Positions 1-8,914 of a stretch of DNA of 64,000 bases are shown here, piece by piece; position 1 is the first letter of the stretch; the number at the start of each line of letters is the position of its first letter. Position numbers and translations under genes: made by a program. The notes under the pieces were generated by a model. That model did not search any database. It had not been told where the DNA came from and saw only the letters and a program-made list of their open reading frames with translations. The stretch lies in the NCBI GenBank assembly GCA_029553375.1, contig JAKPCH010000096.1, forward strand, positions 47,382 to 111,381. Reading direction: 5' to 3'. Source of the stretch: Deltaproteobacteria bacterium (GTDB lineage Bacteria; Desulfobacterota; Syntrophia; Syntrophales; UBA8958).

Positions 1-638
1 ACCTGGTGGTTGACCAGACGCGTCACCTCCCTCAGGCGTTCCTTCACGTCGAGGGTCTCGAGGATGGTCTGTTTCTCCTCGACGCTGACGTTGATGATGG
101 AGGCGATGAGGTCGGCCAAGACGCCGGGGTCCGTGACGCTCTTGGCCATGGCGCCGAATTCCTGGGGCAGAAAGGGCGTCAGTTTGACCACCCGCTCGAA
201 GAGGGTCGTCAGGTTGACCATCAGGGCCTCGACCTCGATGTCCTTGATCTCTGTGTCTTCCAGGGGCTCGATGCGGGCGTGGAGGTAGGGCTGGGAGTCG
301 AGAAACTCGACGATCCGGAAACGGCCGATCCCCTGCACGAGGAGCTGGGCCTTTTTATCCGACACCTTGGCCATCTTGAGGATCACCGCCGTGGTCCCCA
401 CGGAATGGAAATCCTCGGCGCGATAATTCGTCTCCAAGGGCGACTTTTTGGCGAGGATGAGGCCGATGATGCGATCCTTGGCCATGGCCTCGTCGACGAG
501 GTTGATGGACTGTTCCCCGAACACCTCCATGGGGAGCATCATCTTGGGAAAGACGAGGATATTGAAAAGGGGCAGGATGGGGAGGATCTCGGGTATCTGG
601 ATGACCTTGAGTTCCTCCGGGGGTTTCTGATCGGGCAT
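1..638 (-). CDS. lon: ATP-dependent Lon protease, N-terminal part (gene continues beyond window start)
   Basis: Not in the ORF track because it runs off the edge. My reverse translation from ATG at 638 reads MPDQKPPEELKVIQIPEILPILPLFNILVFPKMMLPMEVFGEQSINLVDEAMAKDRIIGLILAKK..., the Lon N-terminal substrate-binding domain pattern. A GAGAGGAG RBS lies upstream. The + strand ORF 6..845 is its antisense shadow. Confidence 0.8.
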   Translation of the reverse strand, partial: MPDQKPPEELKVIQIPEILPILPLFNILVFPKMMLPMEVFGEQSINLVDEAMAKDRIIGLILAKKSPLETNYRAEDFHSVGTTAVILKMAKVSDKKAQLLVQGIGRFRIVEFLDSQPYLHARIEPLEDTEIKDIEVEALMVNLTTLFERVVKLTPFLPQEFGAMAKSVTDPGVLADLIASIINVSVEEKQTILETLDVKERLREVTRLVNHQ

Positions 639-691
639 GGTCTCCTCTCTTTATCTCGCTTTGGCCCTGCGGCTGCGGTTCTATTCCGCCG

Positions 692-1159
692 TTACTCCCG
701 GCTCACGGGTATCTTCTTCCTGACCTCACCGCCGGGCGGGAGCTTGGTCATTCGTACCTCGAGGAGGCCGTTGCGGTGCGTGGCCTCGACGCGGTCCGTG
801 TCCACCGCCGCCGGGAGGGAGAGGTGCCGCTCGAAATACCCGTAGGGTATCTCGGCAAGGCGGTAGCGCGTCGTCCCCGGGATCATCATTTGGTCGCGCT
901 TGCCGAAGATCTTGATGGTCCTGCGGCTCACCTCGAGGTGGATGTCCTCGCGCCTGACGCCGGCGAGATCGATGATGAGGAGTATCTCCTCCGGTGTCTC
1001 GTACATGTCCGCGTGGGGCCGCCAGGTGTTCTCCCCGATGGCGAAAAGGGAGGACCCGGCCATGGAGAGCATACCGTCCACGGCGTCGAAGACCTCTTGT
1101 TCGAGGGCGGCCCGTTCTTTATGGAACTTGATCTTGATGTAGCTCATGTCTCCCCCCAC
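692..1159 (-). CDS. small heat-shock protein, Hsp20/alpha-crystallin family
   Basis: 155-aa ORF with an alpha-crystallin-like core (ILLIIDLAGVRREDIHLEVSRRTIKIFGKR...GYFERHLSLPAAVDTDRVEATHRNGLLEVRM). Start is GTG 1159 or ATG 1147. It ends 53 nt upstream of lon on the same strand with no terminator between. Confidence 0.9.
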   Translation of the reverse strand: MGGDMSYIKIKFHKERAALEQEVFDAVDGMLSMAGSSLFAIGENTWRPHADMYETPEEILLIIDLAGVRREDIHLEVSRRTIKIFGKRDQMMIPGTTRYRLAEIPYGYFERHLSLPAAVDTDRVEATHRNGLLEVRMTKLPPGGEVRKKIPVSRE

Positions 1160-1174
1160 GGAAGATGATGGCCT

Positions 1175-1202
1175 ATCATAGTCGCCTTCTTTCCTTTGTC
1201 AA
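1175..1202 (-). promoter_or_regulatory. sigma70-type promoter for hsp20-lon (TTGACA-N16-TATGAT)
   Basis: On the minus strand, TTGACA (1202..1197), a 16-nt spacer, then TATGAT (1180..1175), about 15-30 nt upstream of the candidate starts. Confidence 0.55.
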
Positions 1203-1255
1203 TCGGAATGTGACATGGAGACCCGTATCGCGTCTATAGGCGCCTTTTTCGGCCC

Positions 1256-2095
1256 TCATAGGTAACTGTGGAGACTCGGGAGATAGTTCACGCCGAGATA
1301 GGTGAAGAGGACGGCGGCGAAACCCAGGACGGCCAGCCAGGCCAGGCGCCTGCCTTCCCAACCCCGGAGGCGGCGGAGGTGGAGGAGGAGGGCGAAGATG
1401 AGCCAGGTGATGAGGGACCAGGTCTCCTTCGGATCCCAGCTCCAGTAGGATCCCCAGGCGTAATGGGCCCAGACGGCCCCCGTCAGGATCCCCAGGCCGA
1501 GGAAGACCAGGCCCATGAACGCCGTCTGAAAGAGGAGTTCCTCGAGGGCCCGGGGGGCCGGGATCATGGCCGCCAAAGACTTTTTCAGGCCCCCGGATCC
1601 CTCTTGCCCCTTCATGAGGATCAAAAGCCCCAAGGCGAAGGAGGCGCTGAAGAAGGCGTATCCGAGAAAGCAGGTCAGGACGTGGATCGTGAGCCAGTCT
1701 GACTGCAGGGCCGGGATGAGAGGTTGGATACGCCCGTCCGCCGTCGGCGAGATGCCCGCGTAGGCCAGGACCAGAAAGGCGAGGGGGATGAGGAAGACGC
1801 CCAGACTCGAGGTCTTGGAACGTGTCTCGACGATGAGGTGGACAAAAACGATGCTCCAGGAGAAAAAGACGAGAGACTCGTAAAAGTTGGAGAGGGGCGG
1901 ATGGCCGAATCCCAGGGCGAAGGAGAGCCTCCAACGCAGGAGGAGGGAGGCGCTGTGGAGTAAGAAACCCCCCCGGGCGAGCCAGGCGGCCGCCGTCGCC
2001 CAGGGCCTCGTGCCGCGGAGCAGGGCCGCCAGGTAGAAAAAGAAGGCGCCCAGGTAGATGAAGGTCACGAGACCGGCGAGTTTCGTGTCGGTCAT
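1256..2095 (-). CDS. ccsA: cytochrome c biogenesis protein CcsA/ResC (System II heme handling)
   Basis: 279-aa polytopic protein with the Trp-rich WWD-type motif (WAHYAWGSYWSWDPKETWSLITW). Its start overlaps the resB-like gene by 4 nt. Confidence 0.85.
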   Translation of the reverse strand: MTDTKLAGLVTFIYLGAFFFYLAALLRGTRPWATAAAWLARGGFLLHSASLLLRWRLSFALGFGHPPLSNFYESLVFFSWSIVFVHLIVETRSKTSSLGVFLIPLAFLVLAYAGISPTADGRIQPLIPALQSDWLTIHVLTCFLGYAFFSASFALGLLILMKGQEGSGGLKKSLAAMIPAPRALEELLFQTAFMGLVFLGLGILTGAVWAHYAWGSYWSWDPKETWSLITWLIFALLLHLRRLRGWEGRRLAWLAVLGFAAVLFTYLGVNYLPSLHSYL

Positions 2096-3468
2096 TTCTC
2101 CCCCACGATTTCCCTAAGGCCGCTCACCAGGTCCCGCGCCTCTCTCTCCGCGCCGGTCGGGTCCCGTTCGGAACGGGCCGCGGCGGTGATCGAAGAACCC
2201 CCCTCGGCGGCCCGCACTTCTATCCCGATGGCGCGATCGGGGAAGAGATAGTTGACGATGAGACCCCCGAGGATCAGGACGGCCCCCAGGGCCGCCAGGG
2301 GGACGCCGGGATCGCGACCCACCTGAAGGACCGTGTAGTATCGCTCCCCGCCCCGGGCGAGGGAGAAGACCCAGGGCTTGTAAGAACGGGGATTGACGAT
2401 GGGCATCTGTTCCAAAAGACCGGGGTTGGCCGCCAGGATCCGGTCGATGTTTACGAAGACCCAGAGGGGCGTCTCCCCCCCCCGGTCCGCGACGGCCAAT
2501 TTCACCGCCGGACCCAGACCCATCAGGTCGTCCTCAATCCGCAGGACCTCCACCACGGCGCTCCCCTCCGCCAGGGGAAAACGGTCGCCGACGGCGATTT
2601 CCCTTGTTCCGCCCCCGCCTCCGTCCTTCGACCACCTCAGGAGGAGACGGCCGCCGGGGAGAAGGCCGAAGCCCGACTGGTAGAAACGGAACCCCCCGAA
2701 CTCTAGGGGGTGGTTGACGAGGAGGGAACCCCTTGCGGCCTCGCGGCCGTCGACGAGAAAGGAGAGGTCGGAACGGAAGAGCTTGGGGGCGCCGTTCGGG
2801 TAGTACTCGACGAGAAAGCGGTCACAGCGGACCAGAAAACCCAGGGGGCGTTCGTCTCCCGTGCCGGCGATGGTCATGGCCACCGCCGTTTCCCCCTCGG
2901 GGATGTGGACGTACCCCTTGACCCCCCAGACCCCCCCGACGAGGCCGCCGGTGAGGAGGATCAAGATGCCCAGGTGAACCACGGGGAGGCCGAACAGCGG
3001 CGAAACCCCCCGTCGGGCCAGGAAAAAAGCGCCCGAGGGGCTGGAGGCCTTTCGGAAGCGGCCGTAACGTTTCTTCAGGATCGATTCCACCGCCGTCTCC
3101 GCCGCCGCCGGATCACCCGGGAAGAAAAGGATAGTGCCGTCCTTAAAAGGGGCGGACCTTGCCGGATCGCCGTCGCGCCGCAGGCGTCTCCACTGGGCGG
3201 GGAGACGCTTGACGTAACAGGCCGTTAGGTTGAGCATCAAAAGCAGGATCAGGGCGACGAACCAGGGGGCCCGGTAGATATCGAAGAGACCGAGGGCTTG
3301 GCAGAGGGAGGGCAGGGGTGGGGAAAGGCGGGCGGCGATCGGGCGGGACTCTTCTCCCTGGGGGATCACCGTGCCCAGGAGGGCCGCGACGGTTATCATG
3401 ACCAACAGGACATGGGCCAGCCGGGGGGACGCCAAGAGCTGAAGGAAACCGCGCCCCCTCTTCTTCAT
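2092..3468 (-). CDS. ccsB: cytochrome c biogenesis protein ResB/CcsB
   Basis: 458 aa. N-terminal TM segments, a large middle soluble region and a C-terminal TM. ResB-like N-terminus (LASPRLAHVLLVMITVAALLGTVIPQG). Translationally coupled to ccsA. Confidence 0.8.
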   Translation of the reverse strand: MKKRGRGFLQLLASPRLAHVLLVMITVAALLGTVIPQGEESRPIAARLSPPLPSLCQALGLFDIYRAPWFVALILLLMLNLTACYVKRLPAQWRRLRRDGDPARSAPFKDGTILFFPGDPAAAETAVESILKKRYGRFRKASSPSGAFFLARRGVSPLFGLPVVHLGILILLTGGLVGGVWGVKGYVHIPEGETAVAMTIAGTGDERPLGFLVRCDRFLVEYYPNGAPKLFRSDLSFLVDGREAARGSLLVNHPLEFGGFRFYQSGFGLLPGGRLLLRWSKDGGGGGTREIAVGDRFPLAEGSAVVEVLRIEDDLMGLGPAVKLAVADRGGETPLWVFVNIDRILAANPGLLEQMPIVNPRSYKPWVFSLARGGERYYTVLQVGRDPGVPLAALGAVLILGGLIVNYLFPDRAIGIEVRAAEGGSSITAAARSERDPTGAEREARDLVSGLREIVGEK

Positions 3469-3680
3469 GACCCCCTGACGGCGGTTACGGCCTCGATTTC
3501 CCTGAAGTTAGGCACCCGCACCCCGTTCCCTCGACGTCGGCGTTCTCATGTCCCCGTAACACGAAAAGAAAACCTTGCCAAGAGCGGGTAAAGGTGCGCC
3601 GCATCATACCTAGTAATGTTTGACAAAAGATTGAGGGTATTTTAAGCTTCAGGATGACTTTGGAAGGATAAAGGGAGCGC

Positions 3681-4082
3681 ATGTCCAGGGACGGGGAAAA
3701 TCATCTCAAGGAAACGGTTTTGAGGCTCCGCCGGGAGTTGGAACGGGAGAGGCAGCGGCGCGACGAGGCGGTGGCCGAGGCGACGGCGTCGGCGAGGGAC
3801 GAGACGAGGCTGTTGAGGGAGCAGATACAGGCCATGAGGGAGGCCATGGAGAGGGAGGCGGAGGAGAAGGAAAGTCAAAAACGACAGGCCCTTTCCGAGG
3901 CCCATGGCGAGGTCTTGCAGCTGAGGGCCATGGTGGACGCCCTGCGGACGGAGATGGAGAGGGAGAGGGGCGAATACCTGCGCAGGATGGACGAACTCAA
4001 GAGGGAACAGGCCGCCGAGGTGAGGCAGCTGCGGGAACAGATTAGGGTGTTGAGGGAAAAGCTGGAGGCCCATGAAGGTTAA
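3681..4082 (+). CDS. hypothetical charged coiled-coil protein
   Basis: 133 aa, highly charged helical sequence (RRELERERQRRDEAVAEA...REQIRVLREKLEAHEG). AAGGGAG RBS. The 3' end overlaps the next gene's ATG (4072) by 11 nt. No recognisable domain. Confidence 0.5.
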   Translation: MSRDGENHLKETVLRLRRELERERQRRDEAVAEATASARDETRLLREQIQAMREAMEREAEEKESQKRQALSEAHGEVLQLRAMVDALRTEMERERGEYLRRMDELKREQAAEVRQLREQIRVLREKLEAHEG

Positions 4083-6378
4083 AACAGGTAAGGTGGTGGA
4101 GAAGACGGACAACGACGATCGCAACGCCGCGGCGACGGACAAGGAGGTCCGACTCCACCAGGCGGAACTTCTCCTCAACGTCTCGCGGACCATGGCGACC
4201 TTCGAACGCCTCGACGAGATGCTGGAGTTCCTCGTGTCGGCCACGACGCGGGAGATCGGTGCGGAGAGGGGGACCATCTTCCTCAACGACGCCGAAACGG
4301 GGGAGCTTTACTCCCGCGTCGCCATGGGGGACCTCAAGAGGGAGATCCGTATACCCAACGACAGCGGCATCGCCGGTTACGTGTTCAAAAACGGGGAAGG
4401 CCTGATCGTTCACGACGCCTATAGAGACGGTCGTTTCAACCGTTCCGTCGACGACTCCACGGGCTTCAGGACGAAGAGCATCCTCTGCGTGCCCGTCAAG
4501 ACCATGAGGGGGGAGATCATCGGCGTCGCCCAGATGCTGAACAAGGCGCGAGGTCGCTTCACCAAGAAGGATATGAACCTGCTGAGCGGCATGACCACCC
4601 AGGCGGCGATCACCCTCCAGGGGTTCGACATCGTCGAGCGCATGACCAGGGTCCGGAAGCGGGAGATGGAGTTTTTCGACATCGTCTCCGACGTCACCGC
4701 CGAGATCGACCTGGCCGTCCTCCTGAGGAAGGTGATGGCCGAGGCCACCAAGATGCTCAACGCCGAGCGCTCCACCCTCTTTCTCAACGACGAGCGGAAG
4801 GGGGAACTCTTCTCCAAGATCGGTGAGGGCCTGGGGGCCACGGTGATCCGTTTCCCCAATCATCTGGGGATCGCGGGGGCCGTCTTCCAGTCGGGGGAGA
4901 CGATCAACATCCCCTACGCTTACGCCGATCTCCGCTTCAACCCCGCCTTAGACCGACAGACGGGTTTCTTCACCCGTTCCATCCTCTGTGTCCCCGTCGT
5001 GAACAAGAACGGCAAGATCATCGGGGTGACCCAGGTCCTCAACAAGAAGGGGGGGCAGTTCACCAAGGAGGACGAGTCCCGCCTGAGGGCCTTCACGGCC
5101 CAGATATCCATCGCCCTGGAAAACGCCAAGTTCTTCGACGACGTCCAGAACATGAAGAACTACAGCGAGAGCATGCTGGAGAGCATGTCCAACGGCGTGA
5201 TCACCCTGGACGACGCGGGGAGGATCGTGACGTGCAACACGGCGGGGCTGAGGATAATGGCCATGGAGGCCGACCAGGTGATCGGCAAGCCGGCGGCGGA
5301 GTTCTTCTCCGGGGACAATGCCTGGCTCCTCGAAAGGATAAACCGTATCGAGGGGTCGGCCAAGACGGAGGTCGTCATGGACGTCGGTCTGAGGTTGGGC
5401 GGGACGGACATATTCGCCAACGTCACCGTCCTTCCCCTGAAGAACATCGACGGGCGTCACCTGGGGACGATGATCATCATCGACGACATCAGCGGCGAGA
5501 AGAGAATGAAATCGACCATGTCGCGCTACATGGACCCGGATCTGGCCGACCGGCTCCTGGCGGGGGGCGACGATATCTTGGGCGGCAGGAGCGCCGTGGC
5601 CACCATCCTCTTCTCGGACATCCGCGGTTTCACCACCCTCACGGAAGAGCTCGGCGCCCAGGGCACCGTGGCCCTCCTCAACGAGTATTTCACCATCATG
5701 GTCGAGTCTATCCAGAAGGAGGGGGGGATGCTCGACAAGTTCATCGGTGACGCCATCATGGCCGCCTTCGGCGTCCCCGTCCCCCACGACGACGACGAGG
5801 ACCGGGCGGTGAGGGCCGCCGTCGCCATGATCAAGGCCCTGAACCGTTGGAACGCGAAACGTCAGGCCGAGGGCAAGAAACCGGTGGGGATGGGTATCGG
5901 CCTGAACACGGACACGATCGTTTCGGGCAACATCGGCTCCCCGAAGCGCATGGATTACACCCTCATCGGCGACGGCGTAAACCTGGCGTCCCGCCTCGAG
6001 GGTCTATGCAAGCGGTACCACGCGAGCATCTTGATCAGCGAGTTCACCTACGGGCGCCTCAAGGGGACCTACCGGATCCGGGAGGTGGACAGGGTCGTCG
6101 TCAAGGGCAAGACGCAAACCGTGGGTGTTTACGAAGTCCTGGATCACTACGACGAGGAGGCCTTCCCCAACGTCATGGCCGCCGTCAACTACACCCACGA
6201 GGGTCTCAACCACTATCGCCGCGGCGAATGGGACCAGGCCATCGCGGCCTTCGGCGAGGTATTGCGACAGACGCCGGGGGACAAACTCTGTCGCATGTAC
6301 ATCGACCGGTGTCGCTACCTGAAGGAGCACCCCCCGGTTGATGGTTGGGACGGCGTCTGGGTGATGGATTCCAAATAG
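4072..6378 (+). CDS. GAF-GAF-PAS sensor class III adenylate cyclase with short helical C-terminal tail
   Basis: 768 aa. Two GAF-like repeats (RGTIFLNDAETGELYSRV... and RSTLFLNDERKGELFSKI...). A PAS-like segment (MLESMSNGVITLDDAGRIVTCN). Cyclase core ATILFSDIRGFTTLTE...LDKFIGDAIMAAFG...DYTLIGDGVNLASRLE. Confidence 0.9.
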   Translation: MKVKTGKVVEKTDNDDRNAAATDKEVRLHQAELLLNVSRTMATFERLDEMLEFLVSATTREIGAERGTIFLNDAETGELYSRVAMGDLKREIRIPNDSGIAGYVFKNGEGLIVHDAYRDGRFNRSVDDSTGFRTKSILCVPVKTMRGEIIGVAQMLNKARGRFTKKDMNLLSGMTTQAAITLQGFDIVERMTRVRKREMEFFDIVSDVTAEIDLAVLLRKVMAEATKMLNAERSTLFLNDERKGELFSKIGEGLGATVIRFPNHLGIAGAVFQSGETINIPYAYADLRFNPALDRQTGFFTRSILCVPVVNKNGKIIGVTQVLNKKGGQFTKEDESRLRAFTAQISIALENAKFFDDVQNMKNYSESMLESMSNGVITLDDAGRIVTCNTAGLRIMAMEADQVIGKPAAEFFSGDNAWLLERINRIEGSAKTEVVMDVGLRLGGTDIFANVTVLPLKNIDGRHLGTMIIIDDISGEKRMKSTMSRYMDPDLADRLLAGGDDILGGRSAVATILFSDIRGFTTLTEELGAQGTVALLNEYFTIMVESIQKEGGMLDKFIGDAIMAAFGVPVPHDDDEDRAVRAAVAMIKALNRWNAKRQAEGKKPVGMGIGLNTDTIVSGNIGSPKRMDYTLIGDGVNLASRLEGLCKRYHASILISEFTYGRLKGTYRIREVDRVVVKGKTQTVGVYEVLDHYDEEAFPNVMAAVNYTHEGLNHYRRGEWDQAIAAFGEVLRQTPGDKLCRMYIDRCRYLKEHPPVDGWDGVWVMDSK

Positions 6379-6433
6379 GCGCCGGGAAAGGAAAGGGCGG
6401 ACCGCTCCTGGGGCGGCCCGCCCGTCAAGTCTC

Positions 6434-6509
6434 TGGAGCCGATGGGCGGACTCGAACCGCCGGCCTAGTGATTACGAATCACTTGCTCTACCGGCTGAGC
6501 TACATCGGC
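6434..6509 (-). tRNA. tRNA-Thr (anticodon CGT), CCA encoded
   Basis: The reverse complement is GCCGATGTAGCTCAGCCGGTAGAGCAAGTGATTCGTAATCACTAGGCCGGCGGTTCGAGTCCGCCCATCGGCTCCA. It folds as a 76-nt cloverleaf: acceptor GCCGATG/CATCGGC, D stem GCTC/GAGC, anticodon stem AGTGA/TCACT with loop TTCGTAA, T stem GGCGG/CCGCC with loop TTCGAGT. Confidence 0.95.
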
Positions 6510-6523
6510 CTGGGCTGTTGATT

Positions 6524-6550
6524 ACTATATCAGGGGCGTTTTCTTGTCAA
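6524..6550 (-). promoter_or_regulatory. candidate promoter for tRNA-Thr (TTGACA-N15-TATAGT)
   Basis: On the minus strand, TTGACA (6550..6545) and TATAGT (6529..6524), about 15 nt upstream of the tRNA 5' end. The 15-nt spacer is short. Confidence 0.45.
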
Positions 6551-6597
6551 GATGAATCGCGCATACGAGGTATCCGCGCGGCATTTCAGGGTCGGCC

Positions 6598-6626
6598 TTG
6601 ACAAGCGGGGCCGCTTAACTTATGAA
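6598..6626 (+). promoter_or_regulatory. candidate sigma70 promoter for the CHASE2 cyclase array (TTGACA-N17-TATGAA)
   Basis: CCTTGACA at 6596..6603, a 17-nt spacer, TATGAA at 6621..6626. This places the TSS near 6633 and favours ATG 6662 (preceded by GGAGAAGGGGGG) over ATG 6641. Confidence 0.5.
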
Positions 6627-6661
6627 TTTGTCGTTTTGTCATGCCGGAGAAGGGGGGATCG

Positions 6662-8914
6662 ATGAAAGAGCGATTGAAAAAGATCGCGGCCTTGTCACCG
6701 TTGAAGATAACCCTGATCATCATTGGCTTGGCCGTGTTTCTCTTTTTTCTCGACCCCCCCTTCCTGCGTTTCATGGAGTTGAAGGCCCTGGATCTGCGGA
6801 TGGTCTTCCGGGGCCAGATGCCCACGACGGGGGCCGTGGTCATAGCCACGGTGGACGAGAAGAGCCTCAGCGAGATCGGGCGTTGGCCCTGGTCGCGCAA
6901 CGTCATCGCCCGCCTGGTGGATATCCTGAAGGAGGACGGGGCCAAATCCATCGCCTTCGATATCGTGTTCTCCGAACCGGACGACAACGCCAGCCTGAAG
7001 ACGATCAGGGAGTTGACGTCTGAGCTGAAACGGAAGGGGATCGGGGACCCGCGCCTCGAGAAGCTCCTGCAGGAAAAGAAAGCCCAGGCGGACACGGACA
7101 GCATCCTCGCCCAGGCCATCGCCAGGGCCCAGAACGTCACGGCGGGCTTCTTTTTCTATACGACCCCCAGGGAGGTCGCCCACTTCACCAAGGAGAAGAT
7201 CGAGGAGGGCCGGGAGTTGGTGGCCAATTCCCGCTATCCCATGGTGCAGGCCAGGGGTAAGGTGGACGAGGGCAACCTGATCCATGCCTACGCCGCCGTG
7301 CCCAACCTGAAGGTGATCTCCGAAGCCGCCGTGAATAGCGGTTATTTCAACGCCTTTCCCGACACGGACGGCGTGATCCGCTGGTCCCCTTTAGTGGTGA
7401 AGTTCGGGGACAGTTACCACTACTCCCTCGCCATGGGGGCCCTCCTCCAGTTCACCGACATGCCCATGTCGGGGGTCCGGCTCACTGACTTCGGGGTGGA
7501 ATCCGTCGTCGTCGGGGATGTCATGATACCCGTCGACGAGAGCGGCCGGATCCTCATCAACTACCTGGGCCCGGCCAAGACCTTCCCCCACTACTCCATC
7601 GCCGACATCCTGAAGGGTCGCCTCCCCCCGGGGACCTTCAGGGACCGCATCGTCATCGTCGGCGCCACGGCGACGGGTATCTACGACTTGCGGGTCACGC
7701 CCTTCAGCAACGTCTACCCGGGGATCGAGATCCACGCCAACGTCATCGACAACATCCTCAGCGGCAACTTTCTCGAACATTCCGGTTGGACCACCTTCCT
7801 GGACGTCTGTTCCATCGTGGTCTTCGGCCTCGTCATGGGGCTGGCCGTCCCCCGCCTGAGGGCGCTTTACGGCGTCTTGGCCAGCCTGCTCGTCATCGGC
7901 GTCTTCGTGACGGCCAACGCCCTGGTCTTCGCCCACTACCGGGTCTGGATGAACGTGGTTTACCCCGTCCTGACCATGATGACCGTCTACCTCATGATCA
8001 CCGTCTATCGTTACGTCACGGAAGAGAGGGAGAAGAAGAAGATCCGCGGGGCCTTCCAGTACTACCTCACCCCGGCGGTCATCAACGAGGTCCTCCAGGA
8101 CCCGTCGAAGCTGAAGCTCGGCGGGGACAAGAAAGACCTCTCCGTCATGTTTTCCGATATCCGGGGGTTCACCACCATCTCGGAGAAGCTGACACCGGAG
8201 CAGCTGGTCAGCCTCCTCAACGAGTACCTCACGGCCATGACGGAGAAGGTGTTCAAGTACGACGGCCTCCTGGACAAGTATATCGGCGACGCCATCATGG
8301 CCGTCTTCGGCGCCCCCATCGACCAGCCGGACCACGCCTTGCGGGCCTGCCGGACGGCCCTCGACATGATGGAGGAGCTCAGGCGTCTCCAGGTGAAATG
8401 GGAGCAGGAGGGGTGGCCCAGGATCGACATCGGCGTCGGGATCAACAGCGGCGACATGGTGGTGGGCAACATGGGATCCGACATGCGCTTCGATTACACC
8501 GTCATGGGCGACAACGTCAACCTCAGCTCCCGCCTGGAGGGGATCAACAAGGAGTACGGCACCCATATCGTCATCAGCGAGTACACCTACGAGAGGGTGA
8601 AGGATTTCATGTACTGCCGCGAGCTGGACTCGGTGAGGGTCAAGGGGAAGAAGCTGCCCGTGAAGATCTACGAACTCATCTGCGAGAAGGAAAAGGCCCA
8701 CGAACACGAACCGTACGTGAAGCTCTTCGAGGAGGCCCTCTCCCTCTACAGGCAATGTCGGTGGGACGAGGCGATCGCCATGTTCCGGAGGGTCATGGAG
8801 ACCCGTCCCGGCGGCGACCCCACCTCGGAGATCTATATCCAGAGGTGCCTCGACCTCAAGAACGATCCGCCGCCCCAACCGTGGGACGGTGTCTATACCA
8901 TGACGAGGAAATAG
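6662..8914 (+). CDS. CHASE2 sensor, multi-TM class III adenylate cyclase with short helical C-terminal tail
   Basis: The ORF-track frame starts at 6641; the likely start is 6662. CHASE2-like N-terminal periplasmic region (LKALDLRMVFRGQ...VIATVDEKSLSEIGRWPWSRNVIARLVDIL...SIAFDIVFSEPD). A TM block follows, then the cyclase core LSVMFSDIRGFTTISE...LDKYIGDAIMAVFG...DYTVMGDNVNLSSRLE. Confidence 0.9.
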   Translation: MKERLKKIAALSPLKITLIIIGLAVFLFFLDPPFLRFMELKALDLRMVFRGQMPTTGAVVIATVDEKSLSEIGRWPWSRNVIARLVDILKEDGAKSIAFDIVFSEPDDNASLKTIRELTSELKRKGIGDPRLEKLLQEKKAQADTDSILAQAIARAQNVTAGFFFYTTPREVAHFTKEKIEEGRELVANSRYPMVQARGKVDEGNLIHAYAAVPNLKVISEAAVNSGYFNAFPDTDGVIRWSPLVVKFGDSYHYSLAMGALLQFTDMPMSGVRLTDFGVESVVVGDVMIPVDESGRILINYLGPAKTFPHYSIADILKGRLPPGTFRDRIVIVGATATGIYDLRVTPFSNVYPGIEIHANVIDNILSGNFLEHSGWTTFLDVCSIVVFGLVMGLAVPRLRALYGVLASLLVIGVFVTANALVFAHYRVWMNVVYPVLTMMTVYLMITVYRYVTEEREKKKIRGAFQYYLTPAVINEVLQDPSKLKLGGDKKDLSVMFSDIRGFTTISEKLTPEQLVSLLNEYLTAMTEKVFKYDGLLDKYIGDAIMAVFGAPIDQPDHALRACRTALDMMEELRRLQVKWEQEGWPRIDIGVGINSGDMVVGNMGSDMRFDYTVMGDNVNLSSRLEGINKEYGTHIVISEYTYERVKDFMYCRELDSVRVKGKKLPVKIYELICEKEKAHEHEPYVKLFEEALSLYRQCRWDEAIAMFRRVMETRPGGDPTSEIYIQRCLDLKNDPPPQPWDGVYTMTRK

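Noticed and set aside
6-845. 279-aa + strand ORF at the window start.
   Set aside because: The opposite strand encodes a convincing Lon N-terminus (1..638) and the 3' end of hsp20, so the + strand ORF is their shadow.
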